Source: an uncultured Candidatus Saccharibacteria bacterium
GTDB lineage: Bacteria; Patescibacteriota; Doudnabacteria; UBA920
Assembly: GCA_964532425.1 (NCBI GenBank)
Contig: CAZHIA010000001.1
Location: forward strand, 124,951 to 188,950
DNA length: 64,000 bases
Direction of reading: 5' to 3'
Made by a program: the position numbers and the translations under genes. The notes under the pieces were generated by a model, which did not search any database, was not told the origin of the DNA, and saw only the letters and a program-made list of their open reading frames with translations. Each line of letters opens with the position of its first letter. The first letter of the stretch is position 1. Below, in pieces: positions 60,401-64,000 of this stretch.

Positions 60401-62610
60401 TCACCGTCGGACAGGACGGGTATCTCCGCTTTACGGCTGATGCGGTCCTCTGGACCATGCTCAACTCTATTAAGCAGGTTGGCCAATCTATTACTCTGCC
60501 GACAACCACTCCGACACGGGCTGCAATCGTTATCGACACTGCCGGGAATGCGACCATTGCCCGGGACTTGAACGTTGTCGGTAACTTGCACCTATCCACT
60601 TCTTCAGCAGCTTCACTTTTGTCGCTCCTGCAAGGCACCTCTACCGCTGACTCGACATTTACAGCCACTTCGGCTGACATTACTACTTTATCGACTCGCG
60701 CCATCACGGCTTCCTCTGCTGACCTAAGTGTCTTTACAGCACAGTCCGCTTCCGTTGCCGATTTGCTGGCTGGCCAAGCCACACTTTCCTCATTGACTGT
60801 TTCCGGTTCCACTCAGCTGGCGGCATTGAATGCCGGTCTGACTACGATCACTTCCGCGACCATCGCGAACTTGAATGTCAGCGGCGCGTCGAATCTGTCC
60901 AGCTTGTCTATCGAGTCAGGTTTGACCGTGTCGGGTGCGACGCAGTTGTCTGCCTTAAAAGCTAACACCGGCACGTTTGCTGCACTCAATGGTGATGCTG
61001 CATACCTGCACACTATTCAACTCGACGGCGCCCTCAATGGATTGTCCGCCAATGCTTACCTGAACAACCTGACTCTTGCTGGTAATCTACTGGCCACTTC
61101 CAGCCATGCCTCGTTTAACAGCCTGACTTTATTCGGGAATGTCGGAGTCGGTCTGGATACCCCGGGCAGCAAGCTCGACATTTACGATTCCACTTCCAGC
61201 TCGACTACGCCGGTGGACCTGTTCCGCCTTATGTCGGACGTGGACGGCTCACACTCCGTCAAGTTCCGTGTGGACACCAATGGCGACATTTATACCGAAG
61301 GTACACTGCATGCTTCCAGTACTACGGAAGTAGCCCAAGTGTATATGGCTTTTGAACAGGATTTTTTGCCGGGCGATGTGGTTGCCTTGGTGGCAACGAC
61401 TACAAGTGTGTATGCCACGGGCACAGATGGCTCAGTAGTCCAGACCGGGACGAGCACTGTTGCCGGGATTGCCAAAACCAGCTCTTTGAATTCTGCTGTC
61501 TTCGGAGTCATCTCCACGAGGCCAGGATTATTGTTCGGCCAGCAGACTGCCAGTTCAGTGCCGGTAACGTTGTCCGGCGAAGCCCCGGTCAAAGTCACTG
61601 ACGAGAACGGCCCTGTGTTGGCCGGCGACTACCTGGTGCCGTCCAAACAGTTCCCAGGGTATGCCATGAAAGCTACTGAATCCGGCCAGGTCATTGGTGT
61701 TGCTATGGAGGGATTTGGTACCACCACCCAGCCTCAAATCAGGCCGGTGTCCGAGAATCCGGTTGGCGGCGTCATTCGCGTAACCGTCAAGCCTGGTTAC
61801 CAGATGATCAACAGCACTATTGTTCTGGAAGACAAGCCGGTACAGCAGACCGACCAGGTCGGCCAGCTGCCCACCTCCTCGCCGTCGTCATTCGTAATCA
61901 ACCAGAAAGGAAGCGGTGCCTTGCTCCAGCTCCAGCAGAACAATGTCAATCGCTTCCTGATCAACAACAACGGATCCATGGAACTCCTTGCCAATACCAG
62001 TGGCAACTCGCCGGTCCTGACTGTGAGCAATGGGTCTTCCACGCTCTTCACTATCAATTCCGTCGGAGACGTGGCTATAAAGGGTAAGCTGACCGTGGGC
62101 CGCGATACAGCAGGGACAGCCAAGATTACCGCTGGCAACAACCAGACTACGATTACCTTCGATACTGCGTATCCATACGTACCCAAGATAGTGGTAACGG
62201 TCAACGGCGTGCCGAATTTCTTCTACGGCGTCATTAATAAGAGCCAGACCGGGTTCACCATTGCGGCCAACCAGCCCATGACCGAGGATGTGACCTTTGA
62301 CTGGGTTGCGGTAGCCCAGCCGGACAATACCGGTTCGGTGTCCAGCTATAATATCCAAGTCTTGTCCGCCCCAGCCACAGCGCCGACTGAGGTGGTTGGG
62401 CCGACTTTGCCGGCTGACATGACTGCGGGAACCGGAACTTCCAGTGGCGTTTCTACGACCACTACCACCAGCCCGTCGATCGTGAATGATACGACCGTCG
62501 CGCCGCAGCCGGCAACAGGGGAGACAACACCGGCCGACACGACGAGTGCTGCGCCTTCGGCTGATACCACAGTCAGCCAATCAACCGGCACCGGTACGGC
62601 AACGCCATAA
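36406..62610 (+). CDS. Giant (8734 aa) membrane-anchored tail-fibre/adhesin-like protein with N-terminal HTH and peptidase S74 chaperone domain
   Basis: Uninterrupted 26.2-kb ORF: excisionase-like HTH, TM helix, short collagen run, many GNVGIGTTxP repeats, CBM- and PA14-like modules, SDIRLK..IGFVAQEV S74 domain. Confidence 0.92.
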   Translation: MSQEINENLEGIVSLAEASKVTGYNQDYLGFLCRTGKLQGFKLGRNWVTSKQALDDLMRQEAGQRVPVHVQSTTVETVRPIEPQSGNPLGTQVPPAMGLAVSQIEQQRTEQMNTVPAVVSLERAAAEELELAKLKNEVVVGDLSKKIATLTETLSTTVTKLQAPALSLKDQVNWIKSFTTQKTSAWKYVLSGGAAMAVVALLSWGLWFNMRMTRELVAQPKDSRVVYQNNYNNNYNYYNNGEKTSGTPVSMNGTSGTQSPIAAGKGNVLFPSALDYNSLIDTRIESYIASGKLKGEKGDKGEKGDRGDNGLDGFSTNVGTGLQQSYIPVTYVQPVNQPASGVTGSMSGATHFAVADLIADKAVIGSGGLTINGPVTFSSPLTVSDINLNFTPGSIVFMGPKGLAQNNGKLFWDNLTYRLGLNTTTPEAMLSLVQNGGETMIKGFVNSTNTPQGEFISLGYSDTATEIYSVDTRGNIKTSGTLTLSAMTTGSIPFVVTGGTLAQDTSNFYWDNTNKRFAVGTTTVPATFALAQTNNGDTIIQASRATDNAPAGDFIAYKDAAGNTLFRVNNNGSLTAPGVTSTGELAVVGTSTLATTTISSLSLSQPLSLSSGGLGFDGSSVTKGSLIAGTGNGSLGVQSVGSDGLCLTASSSAASGIAWTSCSAAAGGIQSLNGLVAVNQSLATNTTATGLVQTITSAGGTHTFNLSLNPSYTIPLIASTTNWNLTYDTVNAGSANWTSTYGIVNASSSLWTAATNLVNANSTNWTAAYNTVNASSTYWDSAYANRITSAAAPLQISSNQLSIQAGYSIPLSASSTNWNTFYNTPSTQITAGTGMTWSGNTLNSVWTQSGSDISNLTMGNVGIGSASPVAKLDVAGAVRLGDAGANNLLNTSAAAGTASGPLYWGSKPLAYSLSVQQSDGNSLVNGVEYIQFDQGTGLHVTDLGNKSVKISIGSHWKDLYINGVKNLTPTGEEPLNFNTDANLLLTASSSTVPQSLNFALSPNIQVTSVTAANASTTHFTSTGNAYLNNLVFANATGSALSLASTLAVGGALNVSGNSNVSNIIVTGNSTTTGNSIFVGNVGIGGGLNFSNATGTNLYLSGSLAASNLTGTNTGDVTLAGENYVSISGQQITANAINLATTNVTGILPVAKGGTGSSTLNTSVVPEGLNLYYTDARSRAALSSSATGLSYDNITGIFNLSAGYNIPLTASTTEWSSAYANRITSATAPLAITNNVLGLQAGYSIPLTASTTNWNTAYNIVTASSTYWDAAYANRITSALAPLQISNNQLSLDSNYTIPLTASTTNWNNFYNTPSTRITAGTNLSWSGNTLNGPADSYIRGLLSSAATGLTYNSGTGALSVTAGYNIPLAASTTNWNTFYNTPSTQITAGTGLSWSGNTLNATNSFTGSGTNNYVARWTGTSSLGTGVLFDNGTSVGVGTTSPIAKLDVWGNLNVGTSSTPTLSVNTATNQVGIGRVPVSHALEIGADQTIWSNSALTLMTANSGNMNFNSTGNIVLNPYTGGDVTFPGLGIWKNSGNVGIGTTTPGQKLVVNGSEYVTGARLDSNASAGTSGYLLQTTGTGTQWVATSSLGIIGGIQSLNGLNSLNQTFATGTATGIGLNITSVGSTHTFTPTVASGYSIPLTASTTEWATAYTNRITSATAPLQINSNTLSVQAGYNIPLTASTTNWNGFYDVPSTRIAAGTNMSWSGNTLNGPADSYIRGLLSSSATGLSYNSGTGVFSLTAGYNIPLTASTTNWNTAYNTVNASSTYWDSAYANRITSAVAPLQISSNQLSLDPNYIIPLTASTTNWNNFYNAPSTRISAGSGLAWSGNTLNSVWSVNGNNIYNNNLSNVGIGTTSPVFALDVNGQVNAQSGLCIAGDCKASWSAVSAAGYWTQSGGNLYPSTIGNNVGIGSSNPQAKLDVVGNVRVAGNIMPEMTGATGNISTRSIGDANNRFADVWANDVHVGASSLYVNGKKVITDVSNVMNFTTDVDQSLVVKTSGIGSMGLQTDAGSLLLNSNSLISATGKGGINLTVPIDTPSMNLNLTNNSLNGNITFTATGNNSQVLASAVQKIALTSPSIELNGTVTSGTWNGTKIGVPYGGTGVSYITPNAVVYGNGSGAIATTSAPSAGQVLIGNGSNVPTFASISGDAALNGSGALTLNSVNSNIGTFNNVTVNAKGLVTAASNVSYLTGNQTITLSGDVSGSGTTAINTTLATVNANTGSFGSASAVPTFTVNGKGLITAAGSAPIAINGNQITSGTVAPTYGGLGFNASTIAKGGLLTGTGSGSFGIQTAGTDGLCLTASSTSASGVAWTSCSSGSITSLNGLTASVQTFATGTATSIGLNITSNGSTHTFTPTVTSGYSIPLTASTTEWATAYSNRITSATSPLQISNNQLSIAAGYNIPLTASTTNWNTAYNTVTASSTYWDSAYTNRITSATAPLQISSNQLSVQAGYNIPLNASTTNWNGFYNVPSSRITAGTGLSWNGNTLNSTMQAYATTTINGAAGPTFAFAAGTDTNLGLTIATSTNTVTFTPTWSGTLAAGRLNSNVVQGITNDTNITGSISAQNLTLGWSGQLSVARGGTGANSLTGVLKGNGASAFTAMTGTANYVTRWTDANTLGTGTLYDNGTNVGIGTTNTNATLQVYNSSATTKYIKIGNVANPTTTAGAGGMVVDVNGGGGIYMGDSVAGVYGKYEAYSGQLGVGTMSNHPVGFWSNNIERVRISSDGSVGINTTTPGQTLVVNGTMQITGGAPGAGKILQSDANGVASWVSTSTMVGGNAIVSLNGLTASSQTFATGTATGIGLNITSIGSTHTFTPTVASGYSIPLTASTTEWATAYTNRITSATAPLAITNNVLGLQAGYSIPLTASTTNWNTAYNTVNASSTYWDSAYQNRITSASAPLQISNNQLSIQAGYTIPLTASSSEWSSFYNTPSTRIAAGTNLSWNGNTLNGPADSYIRGLLSSSATGLSYNNTNGVFSLAAGYNIPLTASTTNWNTAYNTVTASSTYWDSAYTSRITSAVAPLQISNNQLSVQAGYNIPLNASTTNWNTFYNTPSTQITAGTGLSWSGNTLNATNSFTGSGTNNYVARWTGTSSLGTGVLFDNGTNVGIGTTGPSKLFDVAGGKFTVDVNGYTTGTGYITLNAPTYAPAFEWNRQDNFSTDRNVGALTSKANTSAGAAAQLSQIIFGQSADYNGYITFNTNNGASLAERMRINKDGNVGINTTTPGQTLVVNGTMQITGGTPGIGKVLSSDANGIASWVATSTLAVSPSGAASGDLSGNYPNPTVAKINGVALGSTTATAGNLLIGSGSQWVSTAMSGDATINSSGALTLKNTGTAGTYGSATQVPVLTTDAQGRVTGVTNTTISGVAPGGSAGGDLTGTYPNPTVNGIKGAAVPALSAGFLKYNGSAWAFDSSTYLTGNQTITLSGDISGSGTTAITTAIGAGKVTNTMLAGSIDLTTKVTGILPVANGGTGANTLTGVLKGNGTSAFTAMTGTQNYITKWTDANTIGNSIMLDNGTNVGIGTNNPTAKLHIHGDYNNALGGGFMLDATDNTDPNKYSLRINPFVIGAYKVGYQFITTSATGGTSTPLVFDNAGNVGINSTGPGYKLDVVGTGHFTGALTLDTDLTVPYGGTGVSTFTTNGVLYGNGANALNVTTAGTAGQILMANGSAVPTFTTMSGDATISGTGVISLKNTGTAGTYGSATQVPVLTTDAQGRVTGVTNTAISGVAPGGSAGGDLTGTYPNPTVNGIKGAAVPALSAGLLKYNGSAWAFDSSTYLTSAITSINSQTGPSLTIASGTAGNIFNITSAGNTITLNLPFASGSNSGQLSATDWTTFNNKQAAGNYITALTGDVTAAGPGSAAATVAKINGVALGSTTATAGNLLIGSGSQWVSTAMSGDVTINSSGVSAIGALKVTNAMIANSTIDLTTKVTGILPIANGGTNSNATPTSGGVGYGTGSAHAYTTAGSVGQILMSNGASAPSWIATSTIFGGSQVTGSGTSNYVARWTGTNALGTGVLTDTGTNVGIGTANPTAKFAIGNDGGASIAGSWIPGSQAVAYMGYSSDFVAIGLKNDGPDNQNPYITWGDDGAPLTFSHYHYMTGTTTIMTLLAGGNVGIGSAAPGANLDVVGTGRFSSTLTASNGFTVSAGSVTLPNNSIANAALQGNGALTVTAGTGLSGGGSVALGSSVTLSLPNTGTAGTYGSATQVPVLTTDAQGRVTGVTNTTISGVAPGGSAGGDLSGTYPNPTVNGIKGAAVPALSAGFLKYNGSAWTFDSSTYLTGNQTITLSGDITGSGTTAITTAIGAGKVTNTMLAGSIDLTTKVTGILPVSNGGSGANTLTGVLKGNGTSAFTAMTGTQNYVTRWTDANTLGTGVLFDNATNVGIGNSGPNEKLEVSGTIRSNYDYTSSVVFTDGWAANDYQNFVQVTPGSAGASGLYEITIDSTRGNLAESSTYMAAVDHSNANVWREAGVINDNAYVNNTRCFTVDVNGNYGAVQFRVRALKASASCGITGNLTVNVKVRSVGRNTAWSALSSGGSGGTVTGFQSMTGLSWNLYTGNPYSGAGNLAISAASSGNVGIGTTSPEQKLQVQGNIALGYNVIGGGLGYGGVGASSGSTIKLQDNSTGDMVFTSNYRYMFNSLYNSNTSLAITREGNVGIGTTTPNQTLEVVGSFGISNGNSNTRVVMTPVFANTLQFSYGGTGANIGSLTNGSYLLLGPSGSTTTPVYAFTNDANTGIGTAGNSSDTISLITAGSSRMFIDANGNVGVGSTVPGYALDVSSGTINGNSYRVAGDALAQSNGTTIAIGSAASRNLSFYAGAVDRMFITNQGNVGIGTTTPQATLDVNGSFNVYGGAINYNTTTALTTIDNLQLGSMSFDSNAGQVTWMDMPVTSAATVGTIESYTAQIDGTPLLTVYSESNGSGGIQNGRIGVGTTTPTQTLVVNGTMQITGGAPGIGKVLSSDANGIASWVATSTLAVSPSGAASGDLSGTYPNPTVAKINGVALGSTTATAGNLLIGSGSQWVSTALSGDATINSSGALTLKNTGTAGTYGSASQVPVLTTDAQGRVTGVTNTSIAIGGAAITSGVVGTTYGGTGQNSSAWNGMVKTVGGTWSAVQGTTGYNAYWSDANTIAAEQYTAVTRGGTGAGTLTGVLKGNGTSAFTAMTGTQNYITKWTDANTIGNSIMLDNGTNVGIGSASPGYKLDVVGTGKFSNTLTLGDSSPTILQSSRGATNGSQIILGQTYVPTFGGRYSGAEAFMASNAYQTTDNVDAWAKGAGTYGSTIALLGISSTVTNPAFQIKYSPGNTASAGLGSFFTSDLLTVLGNGNVGIGTSVPGYKLHVNGDTLINANLYLATAGARLGSDGSGSIDFNYNTGSTNSWNWYGGGTTKLVTMTNGGNVGIGTSNPVAKLHIHGNYNNTGSGGFLLDATDTSDPNTYSLRINPYVVGAAKVGYQFVTTSATGGTSTPLTFDNAGNVGIGSTLPGYKLDVVGTGHFTGALTLDTDLTVANGGTGVSTFTTNGVLYGNGANALNVTTAGTAGQILMANGSAVPTFTTMSGDATISGTGVISLKNTGTAGTYGSATQVPVLTTDAQGRVTGVTNTTISGVAPGGSAGGDLTGTYPNPTVNGIKGAAVPALSAGFLKYNGSAWTFDSSTYLTGNQTITLSGDVSGSGTTAITTAIGAGKVTNIMLAGSIAASKLVGTDITTVGALTSGSIASGFGTIATANTITGTTINGTTGINTGAGAGTQRIDASGNLVNIGTITSGLINGQTISAAANFTGTVNVATSITTGGYHNLGNDNFLYNGDFETGNSAGWSGVTSVVTGGYSGKYTSQITGPSYLVSDDYIPVNPVTDVFQLEAWVKKTVAGGTPGILYFGYYAYDANKTVITSSPCGSYCYFATSGWTVPVDGNWHKVSATTYGESTNAPSFPVGTKFIQVLGLVNYSASGDAVTQIDHITLKRINNGPLFVGNNFTSTNLVDQTQVTQLYTTSGNNFVITPPGSGNVGIGSASPSYKLDVVGTGHFTGALTLDTDLTVANGGTGVSTFTTNGVLYGNGANALNVTTAGTAGQLLMANGSAVPTFTTMSGDATINGTGVIALKNTGTAGTYGSATQVPVLTTDAQGRVTGVTNTTISGVAPGGSAGGDLSGTYPNPTVAKINGVALGSTTATAGNLLIGSGSQWVSTAMSGDVTINSSGVSAIGALKVTNAMIANSTIDLTTKVTGILPVANGGSSANTLTGVLKGNGTSAFTAMTGTQNYVARWTDANTIGTGVLFDNGTNVGVGTSNPAGAKLQVAGAIAANNDIGGGGTTGTAGTGGNTWTLHGAGNGWLYLNNGNNSAYHGLAVGQLWVSDIAYLTSNVNIRGTLANDTGATLTVGGGTSGYTNFTGNVGIGSASPGVKLDVAGDVRLTGTLFGDIDSGRNLVADNVYNSAVTGYQYTHGRVLVSGNLNRIVFSRESDYTTNKARVLTPGYYSVSFWYKVENFVSGTTIYPNLNDQGLPTFDVSANKGWTFYSGTLNVTQTSYGFLDMEGTFNSTITVSDIVIVRSPKPAQQYMLAPEDIVQYYENGNVGIGSIIPGANLDVVGTGRFSSTLTASNGLTVSAGSVSLPSNSIANAALQGNGALTVTAGTGLSGGGSVALGSSVTLSLPNVGTASTYGSATQVPVFTTDAQGRVTSVTNTTISGVAPGGSAGGDLTGTYPNPTIATGAVTGTKIADNTITAADLQAGDFSSKINSGTYSINISGNANYVNSVDTRNTNDVPQDFGSLVKFDFKANATNGLSDGGGYNGVMTWRRYGSGTDMSGGYPQQIAYSDNNNLWHRIGTGNTTWGSWVKVWDANNLTNLNQLSNGPGYLTSVNNSNWSGTQLSVSNGGTGATSLTGVLKGNGTSAFTAMTGTANYVARWTDANTIGTGVLVDNATNVGIGSASPGVKLDVAGAIAATGAPNKGYNMNAGSYGGNTYYAYDSFCAGESNGNCQGTGGVIIGRANTSAYTNFPNSGSSFIGGNLGLGAVAPAAKLEIDTASSASTVEGMRLLNPNTGAGGVQMRLGQYTTGYAASIETVGNPVSYYGSSLWLRPGLRSGANTLGNGVFIDTYDNVGVGTTNPTYKLEVQGNFRAFTASGANSMGVSAANGSQSEIFIDQNGVRAWHLQNLATSGDLLLSDGGVNNMYWQKATGNVGIGSTAPGYKLDVQGDARVTSKLWLDAAEGLGVYGIRGRNTNEQVEMYQKVSIGYPAGWGSFPQAPAYGLYTYGGAVLAGNQGNVGIGSASPGYKLVVSGDSQTTGLFYDNQGFVEQQNSYEWNWHGRRWASGYDGSVRTKLFADFYDNTTTPAQEKWIHTNTLDANTRLDGSTVWGDVHAYIAMWTTYIYVQRPFTVTNVTLNGDDPYALYINGAYVTGADSCCSGTVYSYTFNTGWYRLDMIYSESGGGHYVSLGWNPKDYTAYIATMTPYGPQDAIFTKDGNVGIGTSSPSKTLAVQGDINFTGNLYQNGSLFTSGGGGNSAWTIGSGKIYNATSTDNVGIGTSNPTDLLTVGNGSINPIITLNANSWGQLGTTKTLTLEGGTGINLKTNGTSRMYVDSSSGNIGIGTTNTSATLDVVSSVSASSGYGYATKISPTLNATANNDTMAALRISPLVGGSYTGLKYMGLMVNDVSSGGNAQTHYGVYSSLVPNYGAGGVGYGLYATNIATAFQNTYYGVYSDVNQSSGTAYAGAFMGGNVGIGTASPTETLHLYGTNPNLLLNSNNGSYADLDFATYNLGGTAPTARIRALDNNYSSDLQFMTKNPGAAGNILAERMRLTNYGNFGIGTSTPNYKLVVADGSGNGVFSVDNSATASNAGMDITAGPSQSGNLLNFLSSGGTLLTSVSQYGGLMVNISSSTAFQVANGSGTSVLNVNTVSTNVGIGTVSPDYKLRVEGSLFVNNSLTDKLSNTSWTNPSDIRLKDVQGTFDSGMNELLQLQPIRYTFKNNNPFGADPAAPHIGFVAQEVQQVLPEAVTVGQDGYLRFTADAVLWTMLNSIKQVGQSITLPTTTPTRAAIVIDTAGNATIARDLNVVGNLHLSTSSAASLLSLLQGTSTADSTFTATSADITTLSTRAITASSADLSVFTAQSASVADLLAGQATLSSLTVSGSTQLAALNAGLTTITSATIANLNVSGASNLSSLSIESGLTVSGATQLSALKANTGTFAALNGDAAYLHTIQLDGALNGLSANAYLNNLTLAGNLLATSSHASFNSLTLFGNVGVGLDTPGSKLDIYDSTSSSTTPVDLFRLMSDVDGSHSVKFRVDTNGDIYTEGTLHASSTTEVAQVYMAFEQDFLPGDVVALVATTTSVYATGTDGSVVQTGTSTVAGIAKTSSLNSAVFGVISTRPGLLFGQQTASSVPVTLSGEAPVKVTDENGPVLAGDYLVPSKQFPGYAMKATESGQVIGVAMEGFGTTTQPQIRPVSENPVGGVIRVTVKPGYQMINSTIVLEDKPVQQTDQVGQLPTSSPSSFVINQKGSGALLQLQQNNVNRFLINNNGSMELLANTSGNSPVLTVSNGSSTLFTINSVGDVAIKGKLTVGRDTAGTAKITAGNNQTTITFDTAYPYVPKIVVTVNGVPNFFYGVINKSQTGFTIAANQPMTEDVTFDWVAVAQPDNTGSVSSYNIQVLSAPATAPTEVVGPTLPADMTAGTGTSSGVSTTTTTSPSIVNDTTVAPQPATGETTPADTTSAAPSADTTVSQSTGTGTATP
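38539..45560 (+). repeat. Intragenic repeat family YxIPLTASTTxW
   Basis: About 18 copies counted by eye, interleaved with AYxNRITSA and PSTRITAGT units. Confidence 0.85.
46220..56560 (+). repeat. Intragenic repeat family GTYGSATQVPVLTTDAQGRVT / GDLxGTYPNPTV
   Basis: About 7 copies, separating variable modules. Confidence 0.85.
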
Positions 62611-62693
62611 TACCCATGGTGCACTTATTGCCTTCTAACCGCAGTACGTCTTATAACCTCCGTAATAATCAACCGTGATCCGGAGGGTAAGTT

Positions 62694-62728
62694 AAAAAAC
62701 ACCCCACTTGCCGCGGGGTGTTTTTTTT
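62694..62728 (+). terminator. Intrinsic terminator after the giant gene
   Basis: AAAAAACACCCC..GGGGTG followed by T8. Confidence 0.85.
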
Positions 62729-62878
62729 GTTGAAATTCAGGCCGTAATATCTTTGGTTTTCAACGATATGATTTCGAATTATTTCGTGTTTATGCTAAAA
62801 TAAATGTAAAGTCAGATACTTATGAGATAAAAATTATACCCTTATTGCGGAAATAATAGGGGAGAAATATAAACCATC

Positions 62879-64000
62879 ATGTCGCTGAGGCGAGTATTTT
62901 TTGCGATAGCGGCCCTGGCTCTTTTGGCTCCGGTCGCGCAGGCATTGACCTTTGGGGAAATCCGGCAATCCAGCCTGACTCAACCCCAAGTCTTGGGTGT
63001 CAGCTCGTACCCGAGCATAACTGTGACTTCATCAACAAACAAGAGCTTAACAGTCACGGCTACGCCTGTTTCGTTCGATGGAACATATTGGCAATACCAG
63101 TTCAGCTGGACGCGCGCCAAGAATGCCGTTGGTTCTTTGTATGTCAGTCAAAAAGGCGGCAGCCAGAGCATGGTCGTCAGTATTGACAGTGCGGCCAAAC
63201 AGGGGAACGTGACCGGCAACCTGTTGCCATCTACTGCTTACCGTGTCGAATTTTACGGCCAGGCCAGTGGGGCTGGCACTTTATTGTTAAGAAAGACCTT
63301 GACTGCCCGGGCAGTAGAAGCTGCTACGGCAGGAAGCGTCTCTTTTTCTTTTCCAGGCAATTCGGCGGTTAGCAACGGCACAACTGCGGGATCTGCTGGC
63401 GGCTCAAATTGCGGCACTCCTGGGCTGACATGTGAAAGTTTGGCCGATATGATTTCAAAGACATATGGGATAAAGTGGAATACTTCCAATTTGCCGATAG
63501 ACCAGACTCCGTATGCCAGCACGAATCCATATTCACCCGACACTTATTACGGCACCCCTTCGGTGCAGGTTGGTTTAAAAAAGCTGACGGAATTGGGAGA
63601 TGGTAAAACCAGTGTAGTCTGGGTTGGTCGCTGGAACTTTTTTGACGGCAAGGATTGTTACCAAGCGGACCTGACGAATGGTACTCTGAAGGAAACCAAA
63701 ATCCAGTGTTATGCCAACCACCCATTGCCTACGCTGGCGCACGGCCAGAAACCTCCCCTGAATGACACTACGTACCCGTGGGCCCTGGCCAATGCAGATT
63801 GCTATTACACGTACGGAGACAAAAGCACGGTCATTAATGGCGTGAGGGTCGAAAATCCTGCCTGGCAAATGGGCAGTTCCCGCGACGCATCGTGCATAGC
63901 GGTCGGCTTGCCTGATATGACTTCGCCGGTGAATTTGAGCGGTGCGAATCCTGTGTCTTACAACGGGCTACCGGTAGATGATGGTACCTTCCCTGACAGT
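62879..64000 (+). CDS. Secreted hypothetical protein (runs off the window end)
   Basis: Not in the ORF track. MSLRRVFFAIAALALLAPVAQA signal peptide followed by a QVLG motif. I translated only the first ~90 codons; the frame is assumed to stay open to the end. Confidence 0.75.
   Translation, partial: MSLRRVFFAIAALALLAPVAQALTFGEIRQSSLTQPQVLGVSSYPSITVTSSTNKSLTVTATPVSFDGTYWQYQFSWTRAKNAVGSLYVSQKGGSQSMVVSIDSAAKQGNVTGNLLPSTAYRVEFYGQASGAGTLLLRKTLTARAVEAATAGSVSFSFPGNSAVSNGTTAGSAGGSNCGTPGLTCESLADMISKTYGIKWNTSNLPIDQTPYASTNPYSPDTYYGTPSVQVGLKKLTELGDGKTSVVWVGRWNFFDGKDCYQADLTNGTLKETKIQCYANHPLPTLAHGQKPPLNDTTYPWALANADCYYTYGDKSTVINGVRVENPAWQMGSSRDASCIAVGLPDMTSPVNLSGANPVSYNGLPVDDGTFPDS

Noticed and set aside
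36406-62610. Prophage
   Set aside because: Only tail-fibre-like domains within one membrane-anchored gene; no capsid, terminase or integrase
1-64000. tRNA, rRNA or tmRNA genes
   Set aside because: No convincing cloverleaf or rRNA signature found by eye; a tRNAscan/Infernal run would be needed to exclude them

Overview
Bacterial DNA using the standard genetic code, with nearly all genes on the + strand. The gene content and the style of intergenic repeats resemble Patescibacteria/CPR genomes (inference). 0-9.4 kb: an NAD salvage operon (probable nadD tail, pncB, class II-like prs, glutamine-dependent nadE). It is interrupted by five small hypothetical ORFs, several resembling degenerate Nudix proteins, plus a histidine phosphatase and a radical SAM enzyme. 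Six copies of a two-hairpin intergenic element with covarying stems punctuate these genes; this is the best candidate for an undescribed system. 9.6-34 kb: housekeeping and envelope genes (GDSL esterase, ABC half-transporter, AbrB-like protein, cluster-free MutY, Bcp, two carbonic anhydrase-like proteins, AcyP, a GNAT with an attenuator-like leader, a Memo fusion, three minor pilins, an ATP-grasp ligase, a degenerate glycerate kinase, a large LysM protein, DsbA). 34-36.4 kb: a non-coding stretch of nested REP-like palindromes followed by an AT-rich promoter region. 36.4-62.6 kb: one 8734-aa ORF with an N-terminal HTH, a TM helix, modular tail-fibre-like repeats, an S74 chaperone and a second chaperone-like domain. 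A secreted-protein gene runs off the right end. No rRNA, tRNA, CRISPR array or intact transposase was recognised. All family assignments come from motif recognition by eye, not database searches.
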